64,000 nucleotides of DNA from Candidatus Latescibacterota bacterium (GCA_965206595.1 OZ242214.1:2240001-2304000), one strand, 5' to 3'; shown: positions 51,204-60,738, counted from the stretch's first letter. Notes: generated by a model from the letters alone, not told the origin. Numbers and translations: made by a program.

Positions 51204-51772
51204 CCAGGGGGGCGTTAGTGCTCAGGTATTAGCCTCTGGCTTTCCTCAGGGCCACGTTGGTGTGTACAACTGTCTGCGGGGACTCTCCCCGCTTCATTGC
51301 TTTATCTTCCCAGAAAAAACCATAGCGTCGATCAGGGCTTGAAGTTCCGCCCTAAGGGCCTTCTTGCTCTCTGCGCTCACCACTTCTGTCGGTTGGGTTT
51401 TCCGAAATCGAACTCTGGATTAGCGTAAAAGCTCCAGTTGCCGATCCGTTTACCCATCTCCCAATCTTCGGGGGCGAAAACCGAGCCCACTGAGATGGTC
51501 ACGGTGACATCGTGGTCGACGCCATTCTCACTTCTGGCGATTTTGATCTTCATGCGCTTTTCTCCAGATCAGTATGCGAAAAAAGTGCTCCCCCGATCCG
51601 AGGGTTGCCCACCACTGTAGACCGGGGGAGCGGTTCGAAAGGGCCGTAGCCCTCTTTCAGGGAGGGGTCGAGAGTCCCTCCCAAGCTACTTCTGATCTTC
51701 TTGCCGGGCGCCGGCACAAGGGGCTCGGGAATTTCCCAAGGGAATCATCCCCCTCGCGCCGGCATCGTACGC

Positions 51773-52660
51773 CTACTCTGACCTGTCGGCGGTCTTCAGG
51801 CGGGCCCATGTGGTGGTCTCGACGGCGGTCTGTTCGGGCCCCAGCAGGATGGCATCTACGAAGCTATCAGCTCCCTCTACTCCCTCTGTTACTGCATTAG
51901 GATCATACAGGTAGAACTGGCCAGCTTTGGTATCGTCATGGTCCCAGTCAAATACTACTATGCTGAATCCAATGATCTGGCCGGGCTCGAATGATGAAAT
52001 CACGACTTCCTCAGGCCCCAGGGAGAACATATCGTCGAAGGCGGTGACGTAGAACTCGACCGTCCAGAAGATCGGGTTTTCTCCGAGCACCGTGCCGCTG
52101 CCGAGTGCGTAGGGTTCGGCGGTCGTCCATGACCGGTTGAGGTTAAACGGTAGAGCCACCAGACGGTAATTCTGTTCTGAGTATGATGTGGCCTCATAGT
52201 ATTGCGCTTGGGCCTGGTCTCTCAGGTCTAGCTCTGAGGTGCTGCTCGTTATGGGGAAAGAGAACCGCCCCCCGGAGTGGTCTCCATCCACCATCAGGGA
52301 AATGTGATCATTGAAGTAATGGATTCCGTCATGCACGTCCCTACTTCGGTACACGTCATCGGCGGCTTCTGCGGCTACGTAGATTTTGCCGCCATCGGCC
52401 CACGCCATCCAGATGCGGAAATCCAGATTGGCAGGATCGTATTCGCTGTAGGACATGAGCTGATGAGCAAACATCGTGAAGTCGAGCGCCGTAAACGTGG
52501 GCTCTCCGAACAGGTCTTTCCAGTCAGTCAGGTCGCCGTCCAGCTCGATGGTAGCCAGATTGTCTGCAGAGAGGTAGGGGATGGAGAATACCCGGTCTCC
52601 TGTGTGCGCAACGGCTGCCAACGGTAGCCAGATGGAGAGCAGTACGGCGAGCAGTCTCAT
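51773..52660 (-). CDS. Secreted CBM9/DOMON-like protein with TAVE..W.xLK tail (paralog of 26867-27814)
   Basis: AHTGDRVFSIP, DPANLDFRIWMAW, VDGDHSGG; ends TAVETTTWARLKTADRSE. Confidence 0.75.
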   Translation of the reverse strand: MRLLAVLLSIWLPLAAVAHTGDRVFSIPYLSADNLATIELDGDLTDWKDLFGEPTFTALDFTMFAHQLMSYSEYDPANLDFRIWMAWADGGKIYVAAEAADDVYRSRDVHDGIHYFNDHISLMVDGDHSGGRFSFPITSSTSELDLRDQAQAQYYEATSYSEQNYRLVALPFNLNRSWTTAEPYALGSGTVLGENPIFWTVEFYVTAFDDMFSLGPEEVVISSFEPGQIIGFSIVVFDWDHDDTKAGQFYLYDPNAVTEGVEGADSFVDAILLGPEQTAVETTTWARLKTADRSE

Positions 52661-53604
52661 GGGGCCGTTCTTTTCTCTATGATCCTGTCTGACAGGAAGC
52701 AGATGCCTCGTGGCGACCAGTGCGGGAATAGGTCCGCCCCTTCTGCATCGGTAAGCCGGCGCACTCCTGAGCCGTCCGCGAGGGCTCGGTAGACAGAGGG
52801 GCTGCCGTCTTCGCGGTCTGACACGAAGGTCAGCTCACGGCCGTCCGGTGACCACGATGGATCCTGGTCAGCCGCCGGGTGGTTGGTGATGTTGCGCACG
52901 TCGGTCCCATCTGCCTTCATGACGAGAATTTTGGAATTGCCATCACGGATCTGCTGCAAGGCGAATTGGCTGCCGTCCGGAGACCATGCGGCATTGAGGA
53001 CGAAATTCACGTCGGCGTCGAAATCGAATGTGTCATGCGGGCTGGCCGCCAGCCCGTCGGTTTTCCAGACGTGAAGGCTCCATTCGTGGCCGATCCCGGC
53101 CGTGAAGGCGATGCGATCCCCTGAGGGTGACCAGGACGGCATCCCGATGTACGGGGTTGTCCCGTTGGTCAGGTTGACGGTGACCTGACGGGCTATGTCG
53201 ATGACGTAGAGGTCGTTCTGGCTGACCGCCTTGGAGCCGGGCGGCTGCGCTACGAACGCGACCCTGTTGCCGCTGAAGGCCAGAGACCGGATGCCGCGCA
53301 GCTCAGAGGAGATCTGCACGAACTGGATGGTGCTCTGCTGATCATCGTAGATGCCGAGCTGTGCGCCCGGGTGGTTGTGCCCGGCGGTATCGGGTACGGA
53401 GAGGAATACCATCCGGTCGTCTGTTCCCCACGTCAGGCCCGTGATGTTTCCGGGGCCGTCTGCGATCAGCCTGACGTTAGAGCCATCGGCGTCCATCAGG
53501 GCGATGGCGCCGTCTGCCATGTGTGCGGCTCCCGGCCGCACGGCCAAAATGAAAAAAACGCCGCAGAGCACGAGGCCCTGCGGCGTCCTGAAGACGGTCA
53601 GCAT
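52657..53604 (-). CDS. TolB-like PD40 beta-propeller protein
   Basis: PSWSPSGDRIAF, PSWSPDGRELTF; ATG overlaps the upstream peptide stop (TGATG). Confidence 0.82.
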   Translation of the reverse strand: MLTVFRTPQGLVLCGVFFILAVRPGAAHMADGAIALMDADGSNVRLIADGPGNITGLTWGTDDRMVFLSVPDTAGHNHPGAQLGIYDDQQSTIQFVQISSELRGIRSLAFSGNRVAFVAQPPGSKAVSQNDLYVIDIARQVTVNLTNGTTPYIGMPSWSPSGDRIAFTAGIGHEWSLHVWKTDGLAASPHDTFDFDADVNFVLNAAWSPDGSQFALQQIRDGNSKILVMKADGTDVRNITNHPAADQDPSWSPDGRELTFVSDREDGSPSVYRALADGSGVRRLTDAEGADLFPHWSPRGICFLSDRIIEKRTAP

Positions 53605-53840
53605 CAATCTGTGCAGTGACAGTAGTTCGGGGTACCGCCGCAGCAGGAGTCCGCACCGTTGTGACCGACCATGACGCAGCTCCACTGACAAAAGCCGATT
53701 GGATTGTCCTGGGTCATGCACGGGCCCAGGCTGTGCCAAGGATAATGGGTCTCTCCTTCGACCGGAGGCCATGCACTGAGGCTAACGGCGCCTAATGCCA
53801 TCACGGCCACAGTTCCTACGGCTATAAAGACACGTCGCAT
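53604..53840 (-). CDS. Secreted Cys-rich defensin-like peptide 1
   Basis: RBS, signal peptide, C-x9-C-x3-C-x10-CC-x6-C-x-C-TD. Confidence 0.75.
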   Translation of the reverse strand: MRRVFIAVGTVAVMALGAVSLSAWPPVEGETHYPWHSLGPCMTQDNPIGFCQWSCVMVGHNGADSCCGGTPNYCHCTD

Positions 53841-53908
53841 TATCTGATCCTTCCTGTTTAGAGGTTTTGAGGGTACGTACTTCTCGTCACGTTCGTGAGC
53901 TTACAGCC

Positions 53909-54156
53909 CTAGTCCCAACACCAGCACTTGTCGGGTTCGTTGGTCGAGACGCAGCAGTGGTGGTCGCCATCTTCAGGATTTACAGGTGGCCATCCATGAC
54001 ACAGCTCCACTGACAATAGCCGGTAGGATTGCTGTAGTCGCCGCAGTTCCAGTAATGCCATCCTTCGCTATCGGCATTGGTCGGACTCGACGTAGCGGTA
54101 GTCAGGCCGAAGCCCAGACCTACGGCCACGCCGACGATCAACAGAAAACGCTTCAT
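53909..54156 (-). pseudogene. Secreted Cys-rich defensin-like peptide 2, 1-nt frameshift
   Basis: MKRFLLIVG...CGDYSNPTGYCQWSCVMDGH; shifted frame continues VNPEDGDHHCCVSTNEPDKCWCWD*; 248 nt is one base short of a whole number of codons. Confidence 0.75.
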
Positions 54157-54245
54157 GCGGGTACTCCTTCCTTGAGGTGTGGGGAACATTACGAACGAAG
54201 AAACAAACAGCAATTACGAAGCCCTACTCCTTCCCGTCAGGGCTT

Positions 54246-55037
54246 CTATCTGGTAGCTTTGACCTCGCCCCATGTCTGGTGGAGAACGGCGGTTTCGCCC
54301 GGACTCAGCAGCAGGGCCCTGACGGCGGTAGAAGCATCCTCAGGCGCCAGATTGAACCACGTATTTCTTCTGTCGTGATCGTCAACGTCGACTACTCTCA
54401 GGACCAGATCGACCTCGTCTCCGGCGGCCAAGTCCGTGATGACACTTTCGTTTCTGACACGCTCACGTTCACGCATAACAGGCGAAGTAGCGTCTGCCAG
54501 CAGCACATCAAAAGACGTGAAGAAGAACTCAATCCCCCATGTGGCAGGCGTCTGCTCTGCCCGGACGGCATCGGCGAATGGCGGATGTGCGCTCCACCGG
54601 GCAATGCGTTTGCCTACTGCCGGGAACGACTGGATGAGTATCCCGGCCGGCCGGACGGCATACATGTGGGTAAACATCACTTCGCGGCTGTCCGGCGTTA
54701 CCGCAATGACCAGACCGTCCGCTTGTACGAAAAGCGGGCTGCCATCATCCCGGATGAGATCGTCCGTAAAGGTCGCCGCCACGAAGATGCGCCCTGGCGG
54801 GCTCCACCCGAGCCAGATGCGGAAATCCAGATTCTCGGGATCGTACTCATCACGCGGATGACCCTCCGGAATGCGGAAATCTGACGCCGTCAGTAAGGGC
54901 GGGCCCAGAAGATCAGACCAGTCGTCCAGCTCGCCATCCAGCTCGATTTGATCCTCCTGTACGTACGGGATCGGAACTGCACCGTCAGCCGGGATGACCA
55001 GCAGCAAGGTCGCGAATGCCATGAGGTAGTAGCGCAT
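54246..55037 (-). CDS. Secreted CBM9/DOMON-like protein with TAV..WGxVK tail
   Basis: GAGGAGG RBS, MRYYLMAF signal peptide, IELDGELDDW, DPENLDFRIWLGW; ends TAVLHQTWGEVKATR. Confidence 0.75.
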   Translation of the reverse strand: MRYYLMAFATLLLVIPADGAVPIPYVQEDQIELDGELDDWSDLLGPPLLTASDFRIPEGHPRDEYDPENLDFRIWLGWSPPGRIFVAATFTDDLIRDDGSPLFVQADGLVIAVTPDSREVMFTHMYAVRPAGILIQSFPAVGKRIARWSAHPPFADAVRAEQTPATWGIEFFFTSFDVLLADATSPVMRERERVRNESVITDLAAGDEVDLVLRVVDVDDHDRRNTWFNLAPEDASTAVRALLLSPGETAVLHQTWGEVKATR

Positions 55038-55253
55038 GGGGCTATCCTCCTCTGAAGGGGTAGGGGCCGGGAAGGTACTCGTTACTCGTTTACCCGCTGG
55101 ATACACAATAGGACCGCGCCGGGGCGTATGGCTGGCTTTCCCCAATCTCCGGCGCGGCGAAACAGGCCGAAGGGTATCCGCCCCGGCCCTGAACGGCTGT
55201 CTATTCTGCTTTGTCGGCGTCGGGTCGGTTGTGCTTGCGGAGCGAGGGGTCAG

Positions 55254-56528
55254 CGCCATCATGGCGCACAAGGTGACCATCTGGTTGGCGAGCAAGCGCC
55301 GGGTGGGGATCAGGTCCAGCCCGGCCTGTTGCTTGGCCTCCCCGAAGACCCCTTCCTGAGCGCCGCGCCCCCCGTGAAAGAGGACGACGTTACCTGCCGA
55401 GGTCGTTTTGTTGGTCACCACGACCCGGTAGTCATGGTCGAATTGTCGAGGTTGAAACAGATCCAGCTGCAACGGTTGCTTGGTCTGTCGTTTGACCCTG
55501 CGGCGCACGAAGACAAACCGATACGAGGCCGCCCAGCTTGCCGGTTTCCACGCACTTTCGAAATAGGACCGTTCCTTGTCCAGATAGCGCCAGCGTTTTC
55601 GTGACTCGACCTTGTGCTTGAGCTCGGGGAAGCGTTCGAAGGGCACGCTGAGGGTGTACTCGGCGCCATACAAATCCAGGAGGGTGAGGGTGTGTTGGCT
55701 GAAGAAGGCGCTGTCCAGACGGGCCTCGAGCACGGGGTGGGTACCCAGGGCGCCGACCCGGTCGAAGGTGTCCATCATGAACTCATGACCCCCCTTGCTG
55801 TCATGGACATTGCCGGGACGGTGCAGGACATCGAGAAATTGCCCGGTTTGGGCCACGGTGCAAAACAGGTTGTAGTAACTGCGGGCCCCCTTCCTTTTGG
55901 GGTTGTAGCCGACGGCGGTACCTTCGGCATGAGCGCGCGTGGATACCACCGACCCGTCGAAGTCGAGGGTCAGACGAGGCAACTGCTCACGCTGGAGCGC
56001 ATGTATCACCAGGGTCGAGGACAGCTGGCGCACGTGGGCCCCATTCGAGGGGCTCAGGGACGCCAGGGTGCGACTGATGGTGGCCACGTCCGGTAGCCGA
56101 CGCAATCCCAACAAGCGCTGCACCACCGGATCGTCCCGGTAGTAGTCCACGTCTCGCAAGCGCCGGAAACCTAATAGTAGATGTACGACGAGCAGCAACA
56201 CAACGACATGGGGACCGAAGATCGCCGAGCCCTTGGCGGGACGGAAGCAGTGCTTCAATCGGGCTTTCAGGTTAAGCCGCTGAAACAGCAGCAAAAAGAC
56301 GATCGCTCCGGCAAAGGAAGTAAGTTGTTGATCTTCGAAACGAAGTCGGGGAAGCTTGTAAAAACGGGCAAAAACCGCTTGTTTGCTGTACTTCACTTGC
56401 GGTGTCCTCCAGGAATGGGGTCGATAATGTTTTGGTCAATATCATCGATACCCAATTCCCAGAGGCGCCGCAAGTGACTATGTGCTCAAGCAGCAGGGGA
56501 AATAGCCCACTTTTATGCAACCAGAGGG
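55254..56528 (-). mobile_element. IS1380-family element, 3'-truncated transposase (GTG at 56396)
   Basis: LTSFAG, TLDFDGSV, GYNPKRKGARSY, RPGNVHDS, RLDSAFF, GRGAQEGVFGEAK; left end CCCTCTGGTTGCATAAAAG abuts the IS4 break. Confidence 0.85.
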
Positions 56529-57051
56529 TATACATGGCGCCCGGTTCCAACACCAAGTGGTCGAGGAGATTGACATCGTGCGTTTTTCCCTCTGTAATGC
56601 GTAGGCAGCAGGGGATGTTGCCGCGCAGGTCCATCAAGGTGTGCAGCTTGATGGCGGCCTTGCGCTGACGAAAGCGGGCCCAAGGAAACAGGGAAAGACA
56701 CAGATCGATGGTGCTGGAATCGAAGACGTAGGCGGTCTGCTCGAGTTGGACTCCAAAGTCGTCTTGGCTGTATAGCTTGCGGGCGTGGCCAATGAGCACC
56801 TGAGCGAAGTCGGCGTAGATGCGCCAGTCCCGGTTTCTCGTTGGCCCGGGCCAAGGCGCTCGAAGGCAGGTTTCGATGTCTCGCAGGCTCTCGCGACCGG
56901 TCAGTTGGGCAAAGGCCATACAGAGAAACTGATCCAGACAGGAGAAGCGTTGCACCTTGTGCTGGCCCCGGTAGCGCTGAACACAGCGACGAAACGCGGG
57001 CAACGGGAAGAATTCCATGAGCTGTGAAAAGACGAAGCGTCCGCAGTACAT
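56529..57051 (-). pseudogene. IS4 family transposase (DUF4372-type N-terminus), 5' fragment with lesions
   Basis: VFSQL, MAFAQLTGRESLRDIE, DSSTIDLCLSLFPWARFR, KLHTLMD, ITEGKTHDV. Confidence 0.9.
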
Positions 57052-57246
57052 GGGCCGTTCCTTGTGAAGGATCGAGGAGGAGAAGGCCCGAAATAACGAG
57101 ACGGTTTCAAGTCGATTCCATCGACGAAATTATGTAAAACCAACAAAACCAATGAGTTACGAAAAATTCCTCAGCCAACAGCGGGACAGTAGTGATATCG
57201 GATACCAAATCTGCGCTGGAGCCTTGCAGGTTTCAGGGAATGTCTG

Positions 57247-58116
57247 ATGGCGAAGACAACTGAAAGGCAGCTGTCGTTCAGCGCCCACAGCCTGCAGGCC
57301 TACGTCGATTGCGCGCGGCGTTTCGAGCTCACCTACCTCGAGCAGCTCAAGTGGCCGGCCGTGGAGAGCGAGCCGCCGCTGGAGAGCGAGCGCCACATGG
57401 CATACGGACGCCGTTTCCACGAGATGATCCACCGCGACGTGCTGGGGATCCGGGTGCCGGAGCCGGATGCCGGACGCGACCCGGACATCGCCCGCTGGTG
57501 GAGGAACTACCAGGCGCGGCGGCCGGCGGACGTTCCGGGGGAACGATTCGCCGAGAAGAGGCTGGTCGGATCGATCGGCGAGCATACTCTCGTGGCGACG
57601 TGCGATCTGATCGCAATAGGGGACGGCGAGGCAGCAGGCGGTCCGGCGACGGGACAGGCGTCGCCTCGCGTCCGCATCTTCGACTGGAAGACCTGGCGCC
57701 GGCGGCATACGAGGGCGTGGCTGGCTGAGCGGCTGCAGACACGGGTCTATCCGTACCTGCTGGCGCAGGCCGGTGCCGGGATCGCCGGGGGCCAGTCCCT
57801 GAGTCCGGGGGAAATCGAGATGGTCTACTGGTACTCGGATTTCCCGGACGATCCCGAGGTGTTCACCTACAGCGACTCCCGGCACAGCGAGGACGAGACC
57901 TACCTGGGCGGTCTCGTCGACGAGATCCAGGCTCGCGACGGGGGTGGCGAGTTCGAGCTCACTGCGGACGAGAAGAAATGCGCGTTCTGTGTCTACCGGT
58001 CTTTCTGCGGCCGCGGCGATGTGGCCGGTCAGCCGGATGAGGGGAATCTCGAACGCGAGGAAGAGGCGGTTTCGCCGTTGGGCGATCTCGACGACTACGA
58101 GTCGATCGCGTTCTGA
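57247..58116 (+). CDS. Stand-alone RecB/AddB/Cas4-like PD-(D/E)XK nuclease with 4-Cys Fe-S staple
   Basis: FSAHSLQAYVDC, GRRFH, CDLIA, IFDWKT, LQTRVY, CAFCVYRSFC. Confidence 0.88.
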   Translation: MAKTTERQLSFSAHSLQAYVDCARRFELTYLEQLKWPAVESEPPLESERHMAYGRRFHEMIHRDVLGIRVPEPDAGRDPDIARWWRNYQARRPADVPGERFAEKRLVGSIGEHTLVATCDLIAIGDGEAAGGPATGQASPRVRIFDWKTWRRRHTRAWLAERLQTRVYPYLLAQAGAGIAGGQSLSPGEIEMVYWYSDFPDDPEVFTYSDSRHSEDETYLGGLVDEIQARDGGGEFELTADEKKCAFCVYRSFCGRGDVAGQPDEGNLEREEEAVSPLGDLDDYESIAF

Positions 58117-58147
58117 GCAGACCACCTGACCGCCGAAGTTTGCGTCC

Positions 58148-60457
58148 ATGAACCTCACGTGGAATTCAGTCCCTGTCGCAAATGTCTCACGGGCCCTGCT
58201 CGACGCCACCGCGGGACGACGCCTGGCAGCCCGGATTCTGGCCGGGCGCGGCATCGACGACCCCGAAGAAGCGCGGCGATTTCTCGACCCGGATGCCTAC
58301 AGCCCGGCCGAGCCGGAGTCCCTGCACGACCTGGAGCACGGGGTCGAACGCATCGAAAAGGCGATCCGCGACAGAGAGCGCATCCTGGTATGGGGTGACT
58401 TCGACGTCGACGGACAGACCTCGACGGCCCTGTTCGTCTCCATGCTGGAACGGCTCGGGGCGCAGGTCTCCTACCACATTCCGATCCGCGAGCACGAGTC
58501 GCACGGCATCCTGCCGCAGGTCCTGAAGCGCTACATCGAAAAGGGCTTTGGAGGACTGCTGCTGACCTGCGACACCGGGATCGCCGCGGTCGAAGGGGCA
58601 GCGCTCGCCCGTGAAGCGGGCATCGACGTCGTCATAACCGATCACCACGATCTGCCCGAGCTGCTGCCCGACGCCCTCGCCTTGATCAATCCGAAGTTTC
58701 ACGATGGGGACCACCCGTTGAGCGGCCTTCCCGGCGTGGGCGTGGCCTACAAGGTCATCGAGGCGCTCTTTACCCGGGCAGGACGCGAGGCGGAGCTGGA
58801 CGAGTGCCTGGACCTGGTGGCGGTCGGCATCGTCGCCGATCTGGCGCAGCAGAAGGCGGACACGCGCTACCTCCTGCAGCGCGGGCTCGAGGTGCTGCGG
58901 AGGACGCAGCGGCCGGGGTTGCTGAAGCTCATCCACATGGCCGGGGTCGAACAGGCTCTGGTCCACGACGAGGACATCAGTTTCCAGCTCGCTCCGCGAC
59001 TCAACGCGGTGGGGCGGCTTGCCGACGCCAATGTCTCGGTGCCGCTGCTGACCACGGCGGACGAGGACGAGGCGGAAGGGATCGCCGAACAGCTGGAGCG
59101 CCTGAACGAGGACCGCAAGTTCGAGACCGCCGTCGTCTACGAGTCAGCGGTGGAGCACCTGCACCAGGAACCTTCGCTGCTGCAGTATGCGGCGCTGGTG
59201 TTGTCGAATCCGCGGTGGCACGAAGGCGTCATCGGCATCGTCGCCAGCCGGCTGGTCGAGGAGTTCGGCAAGCCGACGATCATGCTGGCCTCCCCCGAGG
59301 GCAAGCCGGCGCGCGGGTCGGCGCGCTCGGTCGAGGGCTACCACATCACCCGGGCGATCGCGACGCAGTCCGGCATGCTGCTGGGATTCGGGGGGCATCC
59401 GATGGCGGCGGGGTTGTCGCTGGAAGCGGCCAACATCGAGGCGTTCAGGCGCGGCGTCTCCAAGGCTCTCGTCGACCAGCGCACGGGACGAGCCCCCGAG
59501 CCGACCCTCGGCGTCGAGCTCGAACTGCCGCTGCGGGAGCTCACCCTCGACAGCGCCCTGGAGCTCGAGGCGCTCGCCCCGTTCGGTCCCGGGAATCCCC
59601 CCGTCAACATTCTGTGCCGCGGGCTGCAGGTGGAGGAAGACCGGCCGATCGGCAAGGACAAGGCGCACCGGAAACTCACGGTCAGCGATGTCGCGGGGGA
59701 CAAGCGCGAGGTCCTGTGGTGGAGCAGTGCGGACGTAGCGCTGCCCAAGGGACGCCTCGACATGGTCGTGCGCGTGAGGCCGGGGTTCTTCCGCGGCGAG
59801 CAGACCCTGTCGATCGCGCTGAAGGATTACGCTCAATCCGGCATAGCCGCTACCGTGGAGGCTGTTGGACCGGCAGTCGCCGTCATCGACTGCCGGGCGG
59901 AGCCGGCGCCGGAGGACCGGCTCGCCGAGATCGCGGCCGAGGGATCCGGGGCGCAGGTCTGGGGTGAGGCGGACGCCCGGTCGGGGGCGAAGCCGCGCGC
60001 GCAGCTGAAGCCGGGTGAGACCCTCGTCGTCTGGAGCTCGCCGCCCGGCCAGGCCGAGGTGACCGGCGTATTGACGAGGGTGAAGCCAGAGCAGGTCTAC
60101 GTGTTCGCGCAGGATCCCGGAGTCGACACATACGAAGCGTTCACGCGACGGCTGGGGGGGCTGGTCAAGTTCGCCATCGCCGAATACAACGGTTGCAGCT
60201 CGATCGCCGGACTGGCAGGCGCCATGGCGCACACTGAGCGCACGGTGACATGCGGGCTGGGGGTGCTGCCGGCGATGGGGGTTCGGGCCAAGCGCGAAGA
60301 GGGCGGAACGGTTCGGTTCGAGCGCTGTGTAGTGGCCGATGTGTCGGAATGCGCCCAAAGGCTTCGCGTCCTGCTGGACGAAGCGCGAACTTTCCGGAAG
60401 TTCTTTGGGAGGGCAGGTGACGTTGCCGGTTTCTTTGCGAACGTGGATAGCGGCTGA
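58148..60457 (+). CDS. recJ: Single-stranded-DNA-specific exonuclease RecJ
   Basis: GDFDVDG, TCDTG, TDHH, APRLNAVGR, RGSARS, GGHPMAAG, APFGPGNP. Confidence 0.95.
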   Translation: MNLTWNSVPVANVSRALLDATAGRRLAARILAGRGIDDPEEARRFLDPDAYSPAEPESLHDLEHGVERIEKAIRDRERILVWGDFDVDGQTSTALFVSMLERLGAQVSYHIPIREHESHGILPQVLKRYIEKGFGGLLLTCDTGIAAVEGAALAREAGIDVVITDHHDLPELLPDALALINPKFHDGDHPLSGLPGVGVAYKVIEALFTRAGREAELDECLDLVAVGIVADLAQQKADTRYLLQRGLEVLRRTQRPGLLKLIHMAGVEQALVHDEDISFQLAPRLNAVGRLADANVSVPLLTTADEDEAEGIAEQLERLNEDRKFETAVVYESAVEHLHQEPSLLQYAALVLSNPRWHEGVIGIVASRLVEEFGKPTIMLASPEGKPARGSARSVEGYHITRAIATQSGMLLGFGGHPMAAGLSLEAANIEAFRRGVSKALVDQRTGRAPEPTLGVELELPLRELTLDSALELEALAPFGPGNPPVNILCRGLQVEEDRPIGKDKAHRKLTVSDVAGDKREVLWWSSADVALPKGRLDMVVRVRPGFFRGEQTLSIALKDYAQSGIAATVEAVGPAVAVIDCRAEPAPEDRLAEIAAEGSGAQVWGEADARSGAKPRAQLKPGETLVVWSSPPGQAEVTGVLTRVKPEQVYVFAQDPGVDTYEAFTRRLGGLVKFAIAEYNGCSSIAGLAGAMAHTERTVTCGLGVLPAMGVRAKREEGGTVRFERCVVADVSECAQRLRVLLDEARTFRKFFGRAGDVAGFFANVDSG

Positions 60458-60738
60458 GATCTTGTATGGCACCTCCGATCATACAATGAGGGCGGCAACA
60501 TCCCCCCGCCCGTAGACGGGATCTCCCGCGCGCCCAGGAGAGCGGCTCGAACCCTCCGCCCGGCTGCCCGGCCGGGAGCCTGCACGTCGACAACGCCCGC
60601 TTCTTCCACACCCATCCCGGTTTTCCCATGCCGGCGTACGCCGGCTTCGCTCCAACCCTTCTTTTCGCAGCAGCGTCCGCAGAAAAAAATGAAGTGACAG
60701 ATTTCCTCCCGGCAGGTGTTCAACCTGGCAAGACCGGC

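Larger units (their letters stand above)
49365..57194 (-). mobile_element. IS4-family-bounded composite element (7.83 kb)
   Basis: 13-bp terminal inverted repeats CACTACTGTCCCG (49365-49377) / CGGGACAGTAGTG (57182-57194), 9-bp TSD, IS4 transposase halves at both ends. Confidence 0.88.

Noticed and set aside
51295-51553. Possible frameshifted small gene (MKIKIARSENG...)
   Set aside because: No recognisable homology; cannot be supported
57247-58116. Cas4-like nuclease as a sign of CRISPR
   Set aside because: No array or other cas genes; context is helicase/recJ
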